From Neocallimastix sp. 'constans' (taxonomy: Eukaryota), in contig JBODTK010000012.1 in NCBI GenBank assembly GCA_050613775.1, positions 868,001-932,000 on the forward strand: a stretch of 64,000 nucleotides of DNA. The letters run 5' to 3'. Positions 12,554-25,942 of the stretch are shown here, in pieces; the first letter of the stretch is position 1; each line of letters begins with the position of its first letter. Under the pieces are notes generated by a model. It made no database searches and had not been told where the DNA came from. It worked only from the letters and a program-made list of their open reading frames with translations. Both the position numbers and the translations under genes were made by a program.

Positions 12554-13068
12554 TTATTTATTTATTTATTTATTATAATAAATAATAAAATTTTTTTTTT
12601 GTTGATAAAAAATTTTTCTTATTTTTATATAAAAATAGAACTAATTTGAATTAAAGAACTTTGATGTAATTATACTTTAAAATATAATATTTATATTATT
12701 AAAACATATAAAATAATACTAAATAAATAACAAACAAGAAAACAGATAAAAAAAATCTTTTTTTTATAGAATTATATAAATAATTTTTATTATAAATTAA
12801 TAATAATTATTATAAATTAAAAAAAATGTATTTATATTTCTTCTATCAAGGTTATAAAAAGATTTAACAAAATAAAAATGGGTTTCTATCATTATATATA
12901 TTCGGATATAATTTAAATGGGTATAAATTTAAGATTTTATAAAATATAGTAATCATATTATAAAAAAATATATATATATTATTTAAATAATTAAATAATT
13001 AATTAGATTTAAAATTAAAATTATATTTATATATACGAGTATTATATTTTAATATTAATAAAAGGAAA

Positions 13069-13099
<31 letters not shown>

Positions 13100-13199
13100 T
13101 AGGATAATAATATTCAATTGTTATATATATATATATATATATATAGGGTAATGATATTATATTGTTATATATATATATACATATTAAATTTTAATAAAC

Positions 13200-14240
13200 T
13201 TAAACTTTTGTAATATCAATGGTTATGTATTCCTTTTTTTCATTTTCATTTTCACTTTCATTTTCATTATCATTTTCATTATCATTATCATTATTATTAT
13301 CATTATATAAATTATTATTATTATTATTATCTTTTTCAAATTTATAATCATTTGTTATATCTTTTTTGTAATAGGTATAAACCCCAATATTTTGTTCAAA
13401 AATAAGTGCATCACATGCTAAAAGTAAAATAAAAGCACATTTTATACTTTGAAATGGATTAAGAAAACTATTCGGTATGACATCTTTATACATTTCAGTA
13501 ATTCCATTCATTAGAGAAACCAAAATACTTGTCAAATCAACAAAAATGATTGTTATATAATATGAATGTTGAAGATAATTTTTAATTATATTTGTTTTTG
13601 ATTTCCCTGGAAATTCCTGATTATATTGATTAATATAATAAAAAATAGAAATAGTACATACTAAATCAGCTAATCCCATGATGCCATGGGCGGCCATATG
13701 ACCATATTTTGTTTCGGAAGTCGTTAAAAGACCATGGATCATACGTTCATATCCAATATAAAACCGACAACCAGAAAAAAATATAAGGAGTATTTTAATT
13801 ATATATTCTGCAGTTTTACCAACATTTCCTTTAGAGAAAACTTTTATTTTATATAAATTTAGAAATGGTATTGAATATTCTTTGACAATCCAAAATACTT
13901 CCACTATGAGGTAACTAATTAGATGATGTCGTGGGGTGTTGATATCCCCCTTGCGACACACATAAGCCGCTGTTCCACCTTCAAATAAAGTTCCAATAAA
14001 TCCTGCAATAGCTCCAGCTAACAAAACATTCCAGTATTTTCCTTGATTGCCAGCAAAATACATTAGTGTTACCAATCCCCATTGCAAAAAATTGGTATTA
14101 AAATTGGATTCTTCAAATTTTGAAAATAAGCCTTCAAAAAAATTTTTGTACGGATTTATAGGACACATTCCTTTAGAGGTAAATCTTTCAAATCCATCTC
14201 CTATAGGATAAGGATAAATTGTAATAGGATTTGAACTCAT
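13200..14240 (-). CDS. Intronless 346-aa membrane protein with about 7 hydrophobic segments (GPCR-like topology) and an Asn/Asp/Glu-rich tail
   Basis: Hydrophobic stretches: FLQWGLVTLMYF, VLLAGAIAGFIGTLF, LISYLIVEVFWIV, IIKILLIFFSGC, GIMGLADLVCTISIFYY, YYITIIFVDLTSILVSLM, CAFILLLACDALIF. Receptor function is inferred only. Confidence 0.8.
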   Translation of the reverse strand: MSSNPITIYPYPIGDGFERFTSKGMCPINPYKNFFEGLFSKFEESNFNTNFLQWGLVTLMYFAGNQGKYWNVLLAGAIAGFIGTLFEGGTAAYVCRKGDINTPRHHLISYLIVEVFWIVKEYSIPFLNLYKIKVFSKGNVGKTAEYIIKILLIFFSGCRFYIGYERMIHGLLTTSETKYGHMAAHGIMGLADLVCTISIFYYINQYNQEFPGKSKTNIIKNYLQHSYYITIIFVDLTSILVSLMNGITEMYKDVIPNSFLNPFQSIKCAFILLLACDALIFEQNIGVYTYYKKDITNDYKFEKDNNNNNNLYNDNNNDNDNENDNENESENENEKKEYITIDITKV

Positions 14241-15122
14241 TTATATTTTTATTTTTTAATTTATTTGTACATATATATATATATATATAATATTATATAA
14301 TTTATAAATTTGATGTATATAAATGTCTTTTGTATTATTTAAATAACTTTAATGAAAATTTTACTTATACTGATAATTCATGAGATAATAGTGATGAAAA
14401 ATGATGAAAAATGATTATTTTTTTTTTTTTAATTTTTTAATTTTTTAGTTTTAGTTTTTGTTTTTGTTTTTGTTTTTGTTTTTGTTTTTGTTTTGTTTGC
14501 TTATTTATTAAAATTAAAATTGTTGTTATTATTTTCTTTTTAATGTTTTTATGCTTATTATATTAATTATATCAAGCTGGTATCTTGTATTTTTAATAAT
14601 AATTTATATGTTAAGTTTTTGATTGATAGTGTTATATATATATATATATATATTCGTTTTTTTTTTTTTTTTTTTATCTTTGAAACTTTATGAATTTAAA
14701 TTTGTTCTTCTGTAATATTTTTAATAAGTTGTATAAAATTTATTTTAAATATCAATTAAATATAATTATATATTTTTAATTTTTTTTAACAATATTATAT
14801 ATCTACTTAGTATTGAAAAAATGGGAATAAAATAAAAATTTATTACTAAATCAAGCATAATCACTTTTTTTTTTATAGCGTATATATCAAATAATAATTT
14901 ATTAATAATATGAAATATATATAGAAATTATAAATTAAAGTAAAAAAAAAAAAATCATTTTTCATCATTATTGTCTCATGAAATATAAGTATAAACAAAA
15001 TTTTCATTAAAGTTATTTAAATAATAATTAAAACATTTTTATACATCAGATTTATAAATTATATTATATTATATATATATATATATTTACAAATAGAATA
15101 AAATATAAATGGGTTCAAATTC
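14230..15122. repeat. Diverged inverted repeat (arms about 14230-14415 and 14953-15122) copying the promoter and first codons of the 7-TM gene
   Basis: TATTATTTAAATAACTTTAATGAAAA vs TTTTCATTAAAGTTATTTAAATAATA; CATGAGATAATAGTGATGAAAAATGAT vs ATCATTTTTCATCATTATTGTCTCATG; ATAAATGAGTTCAAAT vs ATAAATGGGTTCAAAT. Confidence 0.85.
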
Positions 15123-15922
15123 TAAAAGAACTTTCAAATAATAAACATAGAAAGAAAGAAAGAAAGGATAATTTAATTTTAAGAATTTTACAATTTTTAA
15201 TATTTAAAATAAAGTATATATATATATATATACTTTATTTTAAATTATTTTAAAACTAAAAATATATATATATATATACTTTATTTTAAATTATTTTAAA
15301 ACTAAAAATATATATATATATATATAAATTTTTTAATTGTAATTTTAAAAAAAAAAAATCTATTAACTAATTTATAAATATTATAAATATTATATAATTA
15401 ATAAAATTATTAATGTAAAGTAAAATATAATATGTTATTGCCAAAATATTAAATAAAATAAAATTTCATTGTTAAATAATTTAATTTTTTAAATTATATC
15501 ATATTGTTTCGTATAATTAACATTTTTTAAAGTTAATTAAATTGAATATATAAAAATAAGTTTTCTGTGTTATTATATTTCATTTTGTTTATATAATTCA
15601 AAAATATAAATATTATATATTTTTGTTAATTTTAATGAAATATATAATATATATATATATATATGTTTTATTTTATTGGTATTTTATAAAAATTAAAAAG
15701 GAATATTAAGAAAATAAATTAGATTATTAAAGTTTATGTATTCAAAAAAAATATATAAATGAAAAATAAGGAAAATAACTTTACATTAAAAAATGTCAAA
15801 TCATAATTAATATTTTATAGTATTGTTTAGTTTTATATAATGTAAAAGCTTTTAAGAGTTGCCACATAGAAATGAATAATACTTTAATCTTACATAAGAT
15901 TATATCATCTAATATTTATCTG

Positions 15923-15982
<60 letters not shown>

Positions 15983-18900
15983 ATATATATATATATATTT
16001 ATATAAATAAGATATAAATAAAATATAAATAAAATAAAACAAGAATAAATAAAATCAATTAATATACATATATATATCTATAAATTATTATAATTTTTAC
16101 TTATTTTTACTTAGCAATATTAAAACCTTTAATGGATATTTACTACTTTTAAATAATTTAGATTTAAAAAAAAATAAAAATAAAAATTTTAAAAATAAAG
16201 TAAAAATTAATTTATTAAAAATAAATATATATCAAAAAAAAAAAAAAAATTAAATTTTTAGTATGTATTATTATACTTAATTTTAATTATTAAACCCAAA
16301 ATTTTTTACAATATATAGTATGAAATAATAATAAAATATTTTAAAAATTTTAAATTTATAAAGTTTTTAAATTGAAAGCTTATAAACCATAATAATTTAT
16401 ATTATATATATATAAATATTATTGCTTTTCCAAATACCCTTTTTTTTTTTTTTAAATTCCATAATTTTAATTGTGTATTATAGACAAATGCCAAAAAGTT
16501 TACTACGAAAGTACAATTTTAGATTAATAAAAATTTTATAATTTAAAAAGAAGAAAAAAAAATAATTAATAAATAAAATATTAATTTAAAATATTGAATA
16601 TGCAATACAAATATAAAGTATTTTATTATATAAAATTTTGATATGACATTATATTATTATATTATAATTGGAAAATAAACCAAATAAATAAAAAAGGCTG
16701 TAATAATAATATTAATAGTAATAATAATTTATATATATGTATACAAACATCAAAATTATATGAAACATTAATTTTATTCAGAGGAAGCGCAGTTCAAAAA
16801 ATTTCATTTCAGAAAGTTGCATTTCATAAAGGTGTATTTGGCAAAAGTTTAATAATAAATAAATAATAAATAAAATATAAATTCATACCATAATTAACAT
16901 TTTAATCATATATAGAATATTTTTAAAAATACATAAATTTATAAAATTTGTACATAATTTTATGTCTCCCCTCTATTGAATAAATATTTTAGTTAATATA
17001 TATATAAATAATTTAAAATATAAAAAATATTAATTAAAAAAATGTATGAATTCATTTACTAACAATATATTATTTTGTTTTAATACAAAATCTGTTATCT
17101 ATCTTGAAGATATAACTTTTTTTTTCTTTTTTATAAAGATGAAATCTATATAATATAGTATTTATTGTAGTATTTATTTTAATCTAATATATAGTAAGCA
17201 ATTTTTTTTTTTTTTTTTTTTTTTGGAAACGATGAAAAGCTTTATATGAATTTGAAACAATCTGTTGAGAACGATATTTGAATATTTCAAATAAAATAAT
17301 AATATATATTTATTTATACATACTATTCATTAAATCCTTTATTTTTATATAAAAAAAAAGAGATAATAAAATTATTTATATGATTTGGATATATGTAGAT
17401 AGATGGTATTTTAATTTACAAGGGACAAAAGAAAGAACTATACATTATGTTAAGAAAAAAAAATTATTATAAAATGAAAAAAAAAAATAAATAATAAATA
17501 ATTAGAGTTACGAATGTTGGTGATGTAAATTTTTTATAATTGAACTAAAAGTCTACCTAATTAGCTAGTATATAAAAATAATGGCACCTGCTGTCAAAAT
17601 CAATATCACTAACGGAAAGAGAATATCATACCCTTTGTAAATATACAAAGCATTCATTAAGATAATAAAAATATTTTCAAAGAATAAAGTGTAAAATATA
17701 ATAGCATCAAAAATATTATTCGATAATTAAATTAAATTTTATATATTCAAAAAAAAAACAAAAAATAATCAATAGTATGGGTTATGATATTGAATTTTAT
17801 TTTATTTTATATACATTCTTTCTTTGTGCCGGGAACCAATTTTTTTCAACTTTTTAAATAAAAATTGTCTACTAAAACACTAAATATTGATCAATAATAT
17901 ACTCTGTTACATTTTTTCTTTTTTTTAAAAAAAAGGAACAATAGAAATACCTAAAATTAAGAACAATTTTTAACCTTTTTTTTTTTTTTTTTTTTTTTTT
18001 TTGAGTTTACAAAAAAAAAAAAAAAAAATCATAAGTATCTTTTTATATTAATAAATCTTCCTAAATTATAAATAAATTATAGATGTAATCTTATAAACAA
18101 TTATTTTAAAGTGGCTATACATATTTTTTTTTAATTACCTACTTTTAAACATTTCTTAATTAATGGTTCTTATTTCTATGTCAATCAAGACAAAAGTTAA
18201 TTATTAATAAATAAGTTAATAAAATAAAGTCATATAATACAATAACATATATAAAAATTTGTTATTTACTATATATATGTAAATAATAATAAAATATTAA
18301 TAATAAATTATTATTTTTTTATTTTTTATATTTTATTTTACAAAAAAAAATTTTAATTATAAACTTTAAAAATATTTTAATTTATATTTCATTAAAAAAA
18401 AAAATAGTGTAACATTAAGAAATTAAATTTTATAAATTAAAATTGTTTTATAATTTTAAATTAAAAAATAAATAATAAATAGTACTTAATAAATAATAAA
18501 TAATAAATAAATGAATAATAAGTAATAAATAAATGAATAATAAATAATATTTAATGATTAATAAATAGTACATAATAAATAATAAATAATAAATAATAAA
18601 TAATAAATAATAAATAATAAATAATAAATAATAATAATAAATAATAAATAATAAATAATAAATAATAAATAATATTTAATATTTAATGAATATTATATAA
18701 TTAATAATAATAAATGGTAAATAAAAATATACTATATATTAATATTATTATTTATAAAAATATCATGACCATTGATTTTCATAGTTTTTTTTTTTTAACT
18801 TTATCATAAATTTTAACAGTAATTATTAATAATTAAAGTTTATTAAATTAATTTATTTGTTTATTTATTTATATATTAAATATCATAATATATTAAAAAT

Positions 18901-19769
18901 AAAAAAAAAATAATTATACAAATTGCTATATACTTTTATATACTTTTATAACAGCTAAAGGTGATACAAGAAAGTGAATGGTTTTATTTTTTTTTTTTTT
19001 TTTTTTTTTAATTTATAAAAGTTTTTAATAGATTTATATTGGATAGTGATAATGTGACATTAAAATAATAAATAATAATAATTATTATACTATTTTTTTT
19101 TTGTAATAATTTTTCATTAATGCAATTTTATTATTATTTTCTCTAATTATTAATGTTTAATTTTAATTATTAATATTATTATAAAAAAATATATATTTAT
19201 ATATATATAATTAAATAATTTATAGACATCCTCATTATTAAATATTATTAGTGTAATTTTTTAATTTATTTTTTTCACTTTTATATGATTATGTGGATTA
19301 AAATTATTATTTTTTTTTTTTTAAAAAATTGTAATAAAATTAAGTGTGTGTAACATTTATTATACATAGTTGTTTAACAAATTATTTTAAAAGGTATAAT
19401 TATTTTTGAAATAATTTTTAAAACATGATTATTTATTAAAAATTATTCATTTTACTTATGAGGTCAATCATTGGTTTCCTCGATAATAAAATAATCTCAT
19501 TCATATAATATTATATTAAATAAAAAGAAAAAATAAAGTACCCTCATATTTAATTATCATAGATTGAAACAATAATTAACTAATCATAATAAAAATAATA
19601 AATATATACATTTTTTTAATCAAATATTTTTCAAGAAATTCTATTTTAAATATCATTATTATTATTATATATTTAATAATAAAATTAAAAATTTATTTAA
19701 TAATTATTTAGAGCACTTGATACTTTAGAAGTAAAAAAATAAATAGAAAATAAAAGTAAAACAATCTCT

Positions 19770-19910
19770 AAAAAAAAAAGTAATTCATATATGTTTTTCA
19801 AATAATTTAAAAAAAAAAAAAAAAGTAATTCATAAATAATATGTTTTTCAAATAATTTAAAAAAAAAAAAAAAAAGTAATTCATAAATAATTTGTTTTTC
19901 AAATAATTTT
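19770..19910 (+). repeat. Triple tandem repeat of (poly-A)GTAATTCATA..TGTTTTTCAAATAATTT upstream of surface-protein copy A
   Basis: Three near-identical units of about 45-55 bp. Confidence 0.8.
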
Positions 19911-20403
19911 AAAAATTATATAAAGATAAATCATTCTTTAATTATTCTTATTTTTTAAAAAAATATTAAAATGTTTTCTCTTATCATAATATAATATTAT
20001 TATAAAAAGAATTTTTTATATGTTATATATATACATATTTACATAAAATTAAAATTAAAATTTGAGTAATATATAATTTTTAATATAAAATTAATTTATT
20101 TAAAATTATTAATATAAAAATAAAAAATTAACCATTTTATATTAAATTTAATAATACTAATTATTAAATTTTTGTGAGTATTATTAGTATTATTAAATTA
20201 ACTATAGTATTATAATTACAACAATAATAATTAAAAAGAAATATAAAAAGAAATAAAATTTCCCAACTTTTTATTTTTATTCTTCAGAATTAATTAAAAT
20301 AAATTTATTTAATATATATATCTAAAATAAAAATAAAGAGAAACTTTTTATTTTAATAAATTTATTAATAAACTATAAAAAAAAAAAAAATAAATTCACA
20401 AAA

Positions 20404-21135
20404 ATGAAATTCTCTCAAATTGCTTTAGGTTTAGTTGCTGCTACTGCTGTTCTTGCTGATACCGTCCCACTTACTGGTGATTGTCAAAAGGCCTTCGCTG
20501 ACTTCGAAGAATGTGGAAACACTCAAGCTGCTAAGTATGATGATTTCGTAAAGATTTACCAATCTGATAAATGTCAAAACTTATACAAGGACCCAATTGC
20601 TGCCCTTGCAAAGTGTGGTGAATTAGATGATGAAACTAAGGATAAGTTAATTGCTGATGTTAAATTCTCACAAGCTTACAACATCTTATACACTGCTAAG
20701 ACTGAAGAAGGTAAAGCCTGTCCATTATACAGAAACAACAAAGCTGAAAAGGTTAAGGACACCTGTGCCTCTAAGGCTTGTACCACTGCCTCAGTTGATG
20801 CTTATAAGCTCTTCGTTGAAGGTAAGAAATTAAATAAGAATAAGGAATCCTCCATTGCTACCTATGAAGAAATCTTAAAGGGATTACAAGAATGTGCACC
20901 AGCTGATGCCAACGCAAATGCTAATGGTGATGCTGCTGCTAACAGCACTACTACAGCTGGTAACAGTACTGATGCCAATGGTAATGCAGCAGCTAACAAT
21001 GGTACTCAAGTTTCCGTTAATGGTACAGATGCCAATGGCAATGCCAACGCTAATGCCAATGCTCAAGCTAGTGATGCTTCAGCCTTAAAGTACACTATGG
21101 CTTTAGTTTTTGCTGCTGTTTACTTACTTTTCTAA
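20404..21135 (+). CDS. Secreted Cys-rich, probably GPI-anchored surface protein, copy A (243 aa)
   Basis: Signal peptide MKFSQIALGLVAATAVLA; 8-Cys domain; Ala/Asn-rich stalk with N-X-S/T sequons; C-terminal SDAS plus hydrophobic tail; strongly biased codons (AAG, AAC, GCT/GCC). Confidence 0.92.
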   Translation: MKFSQIALGLVAATAVLADTVPLTGDCQKAFADFEECGNTQAAKYDDFVKIYQSDKCQNLYKDPIAALAKCGELDDETKDKLIADVKFSQAYNILYTAKTEEGKACPLYRNNKAEKVKDTCASKACTTASVDAYKLFVEGKKLNKNKESSIATYEEILKGLQECAPADANANANGDAAANSTTTAGNSTDANGNAAANNGTQVSVNGTDANGNANANANAQASDASALKYTMALVFAAVYLLF

Positions 21136-22062
21136 ATTAATGAACTATGAATAAGAAAAAAATATATATATAAAAAAAATTATATGAACCCTAAAAAGAA
21201 TACTTTCAATAAATTTATTGAAATAGAAAGTTAAAAAAAAAGCAAAAATATATATATAAATATATATAGCATTTCCAATGTGAATAAAATAATGTAATAT
21301 TAAAAAAAATATTAAGAAAATTTAGTGACGATTATAGCAATCATTTTTTTTTATTTTAATACGTTTTGTTTTATTATTGTAATTAATTATACATATTAAA
21401 CCAATAAATAGTATATATTAATATTTTATTAAGGAGTATATAATAAAGCGATTTAACTTCCTATCTAAAGATTTTTTTTTCTAATATATTGTTAATAAAA
21501 AAATTAAATAAATAAATAAAAAATTGTAAAAATTTATAAAAAAAAAAAAAAAATAAAAATAAAAACTATCAGCTTTTTAAAAAAAATTATAGTGTACTAT
21601 TTTTGTATTAGTTTTTATTTTTGATGGAAATATGTATATTTTGTATCTTAATATAATAAAATATATAGTGATTAATGAGATGAATTTTTGTAACAATTTA
21701 TCTAAATATAAATGATAGTAATAAAATATATGCAAAGAATTATAAAATAATAATAATAATAATAATAATAAATAGAAAAATAATAATTTTAAAAAAGAAA
21801 TAGATATAATCATTTATATATATATATATATATATATGAATTGACTAGAAAGGATGATTTATATTTTTCTTAAATTCTAAAGTTTATTTAAAATTTCAAT
21901 AATAAACTTTTCAACAAATAAAACATTTAATCAATTGATAATTCTTTATAAGTTTCTTTTTTAATACTTTAAATAATATATAGAAAAAAATTATTAAATT
22001 AAAAAAAAAAAAAAATAAATAAATAAAATAAAATAAAAAGATTTATTAAATAAATAAAAGTA

Positions 22063-22104
<42 letters not shown>

Positions 22105-22464
22105 AAAAAGGAATAAAGAAAAAAGAAAATACCATAAAGTTAGAGTAGAGAATAGGGTAGAGTGAAATGACCATTTCATTCTTATCTAATTATAATATTA
22201 TCTTAAATTATAATAATAGTTATATATATATTTATTAAAAAAAAAAAAAAAAAGGAAAGAAGTAACTATAATTAATGTAATTATATTATATATTTTATTA
22301 TATTATATTAATAGGGAAATTCAATTTTCAAAAAATCTTTTCTTCTACAGTATTGAAAATTATAGTGAAATAATGAGGCCAACTTGAACTAAAAATAGAA
22401 ACTAACATATCAGTAAATTATAAAATAACATTAAAAAAAAATTCACTCAATAAATAATAAAATA

Positions 22465-22495
<31 letters not shown>

Positions 22496-23000
22496 CTATT
22501 AGTAAATAATAAAATAATATTTTTTTAAAAAAAAAAAAAATTATAATAAAATAAAATAAAATATATAATATGAAAAAATGTATTTTATTTTCTTTATTTT
22601 CTTGAACTAAATATTATCGACTTCTTTTTTATTTTTTAATTTTAAAGAGCCTCTTTAATATTATTTAGAACACTTTTAAATAATAATAAGATAATTTTAA
22701 TACATTTAATTTTTTTTTATATATATTATTTATTTAATTTTAAATAGATGTTTTTTTTTTTACAATTCTACGATTAATTATTTAACCATATAAAAAATAA
22801 TAATTTAATATTATAAGATTCAAATTTTAAACTATTTATATATATATATATTTAGTTAATATATACAATGAAAAACGCTTTTTTTATATAACTATATATC
22901 CTATAAAATGAATAGATATCATATGACTATATTATATTTTGAAAATTTAAATTTTTTTTTATTAATTGTTTTTTATTTCATGTTTTTAAATTATACTAAC

Positions 23001-23732
23001 TTAGAAAAGTAAGTAAACAGCAGCAAAAACTAAAGCCATAGTGTACTTTAAGGCTGAAGCATCACTAGCTTGAGCATTGGCATTAGCGTTGGCATTGCCA
23101 TTGGCATCTGTACCATTAACGGAAACTTGAGTACCATTGTTAGCTGCTGCATTACCATTGGCATCAGTACTGTTACCAGCTGTAGTAGTGCTGTTAGCAG
23201 CAGCATCACCATTAGCATTTGCGTTGGCATCAGCTGGTGCACATTCTTGTAATCCCTTTAAGATTTCTTCATAGGTAGCAATGGAGGATTCCTTATTCTT
23301 ATTTAATTTCTTACCTTCAACGAAGAGCTTATAAGCATCAACTGAGGCAGTGGTACAAGCCTTAGAGGCACAGGTGTCCTTAACCTTTTCAGTTTTGTTG
23401 TTTCTGTATAATGGACAGGCTTTACCTTCTTCAGTCTTAGCAGTGTATAAGATGTTGTAAGCTTGTGAGAATTTAACATCAGCAATTAACTTATCCTTAG
23501 TTTCATCATCTAATTCACCACACTTTGCAAGGGCAGCAATTGGGTCCTTGTATAAGTTTTGACATTTATCAGATTGGTAAATCTTTACGAAATCATCATA
23601 CTTAGCAGCTTGAGTGTTTCCACATTCTTCGAAGTCAGCGAAGGCCTTTTGACAATCACCAGTAAGTGGGACGGTATCAGCAAGAACAGCAGTAGCAGCA
23701 ACTAAACCTAAAGCAATTTGAGAGAATTTCAT
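23001..23732 (-). CDS. Secreted Cys-rich, probably GPI-anchored surface protein, copy B (243 aa; inverted, near-identical to copy A)
   Basis: Protein identical to copy A except NNKAEK vs NNKTEK (G20743 vs T23393 on +). Confidence 0.92.
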   Translation of the reverse strand: MKFSQIALGLVAATAVLADTVPLTGDCQKAFADFEECGNTQAAKYDDFVKIYQSDKCQNLYKDPIAALAKCGELDDETKDKLIADVKFSQAYNILYTAKTEEGKACPLYRNNKTEKVKDTCASKACTTASVDAYKLFVEGKKLNKNKESSIATYEEILKGLQECAPADANANANGDAAANSTTTAGNSTDANGNAAANNGTQVSVNGTDANGNANANANAQASDASALKYTMALVFAAVYLLF

Positions 23733-25351
23733 TTTTGTGAATTTATTTTTATTTATGTGTGTAATTTTTTTTTAATTAATAAAGGTATTTAATTTAAATA
23801 TTTAAAAAGATATTTTTATTAATCTTTTATGAATATTTTCTTTGTTTTAGTTTACTTTTTATTAAATAATAAAATTTTATTTAATTTTATTCTTAAAAAA
23901 AAAAAAAAAATAAGATTTTTTACCTTCTTTTATATATCGAAAATTAAATATAATTTTGGATATATAAATTTTATTTAATATCAATTTTAAAACTACTGAA
24001 ACTGTAAACTTTATAAAATATAAGAAAAAAAAAAATTAAAATTTTTTTTTTATCCTATTAAAATGAAGAATATGAAATTTAATAAAAATGAATATAAAAA
24101 ATAAATTAATAAGATAAAACATTTAATATATTAACTCTATTAAATATGAAATATTAAATTATATTGATAAAAATATAATAAATATATTTTAATATTTCAT
24201 AAATATCTTCAACTAAATATAAAATTAATAATAATATATTTTAACTTTAATGAAAATTTATGATGAAAAGAAGTAAAAAAAAAAAAAAAAAACTAATAAT
24301 AATAATAATAAAATATTATTATTATTATTATTATTATTATTAGAATTATTATTATTATTAGAATTATTATTATTATTATTATTAGAATTATTTATTAGAA
24401 TTCGTTATTTGTTATTATTACTTATTATTTATTATTTAATTAGTTTATATTTAACTTAATAATGCTGTAATGTTTTTATTAATATGAATAATATATAATA
24501 AATATACTATAATGAATAATATAAAATAATAAATCATTAGTATTAATAATTAATATTGATATGAAAATTTCACATAATTAATAATAATTACTAAATAATA
24601 GATTATGTTGAATTTTTACTTATAAGATTATTCATATTTTATAGGGTATTATGAAAATGAAAAAATATTTAATAAAAAATGTTTATCTAATATTTTATAA
24701 ATAAAAAAAAAAAAAAGGAGAGCTTTGATCTGTCCATATAAGATATCTTTCTTAGTTATTAATTAGAAATGAGCTAGCTCTCATTAAGAAATTTAAAGAC
24801 CATGAATGAACTAGGATAATGAATATAGACCATTATCATCATATTATCTTAAGCAGCAATACAATGAATTAAATCTTTTTTTTTTTTAATTAGTTAAAAA
24901 TGTTTCAAGTTTTATATTTCGGTTGACCAAAATAACATCAATGTCAACCAATCATATGATTTTTCTTTTAAACTTTTATATTAATGATTCAATAATCATA
25001 TTTAGTTTCATATAATGAATTTCTTCTTTCTGAATCAAATTTATTCCTAATTGTATTTATTCTTATTATCGTTTTAATTTTATTAATTTCTATTTATATT
25101 TTTGTTATTATTATTTCGAATTGTTAATTTTAATTATATTAGATATATATATTTCGAATTAAATATATATATCAAATATTTTTTTTTTACAGTAGTAATC
25201 CATATATAAATACTTATTAGTATTCAAATATACTTCACCGAAGTAATTGCATATATATAAGTTTATTATATATAGAAATATAAATATATATTCATACTAA
25301 TTATTGAATCACTTTAAAATTAACAATGACGAGGATTCTATATATAATGAT

Positions 25352-25942
25352 ATGACATCTGATGACATCCCCAAATATCTAACAAAAGATGAAGTATTAA
25401 AGATAAAGAATGTGTTTTTTATATCCTTTTATTATAAAGATAATTTCTGTGTTAAAACTGATAATAGATACATGGAGAATATTGTTGAATTCCCAGATGA
25501 AAATGGAAGAATGAAGAAATATATTACTGACATATGTCTGAGTAGGAATATTCAATCTGGAATATGTAAAACCACTATATCTGCTAACTGTACCGCAAAT
25601 TCAGAATGTTTATCTAATAAATGCTTTTAATAGTTTCTGTGTATTTAACGATGAAAACCCAATTGTGCATTGTGACAGTATATACAGAGGATACAGAGGA
25701 GGTCAAAAATCATATATGTATTGTGGTAAAGCATTTGGAGACACATGCCAAAATGATGATGAATGTTCCTCAAAAAAAAATGCTAAAATCATGAAGAATG
25801 TCTTATGCAAACCTCTGGACCTTCCCATAGTGAAGGTGCGAAGGGTATAATACTTTCATTTGCTTTTAATATTATAGCTTTATTAGCAATATTATGCATC
25901 TGCTGTTGCCGTCGGAGCCGTAATAATATAGATCATAATTAA
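25352..25942 (+). pseudogene. Frameshifted small Cys-rich single-pass membrane protein
   Basis: Joined frames: MTSDDIPKYL..CTANSECLSNKCF/NSFCVFNDENPIVHCDSIY..YCGKAFGDTCQNDDECSS/..CLMQTSGPS..IILSFAFNIIALLAILCICCCRR. Breaks fall in T and A runs. True 5' end unclear. Confidence 0.65.

Noticed and set aside
18480..18680. Regular AATAAAT array considered as CRISPR or telomere
   Set aside because: Simple 7-bp satellite with no unique spacers or G-rich telomeric unit; eukaryotic context.
20651..21088. Overlapping 60-64 aa ORFs conserved in the three surface-protein copies
   Set aside because: Expected from codon bias and nucleotide identity of the host CDS.
21577..22179. Hydrophobic ORFs in the spacer between the inverted genes
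   Set aside because: Low-complexity poly-T and ATT translations.
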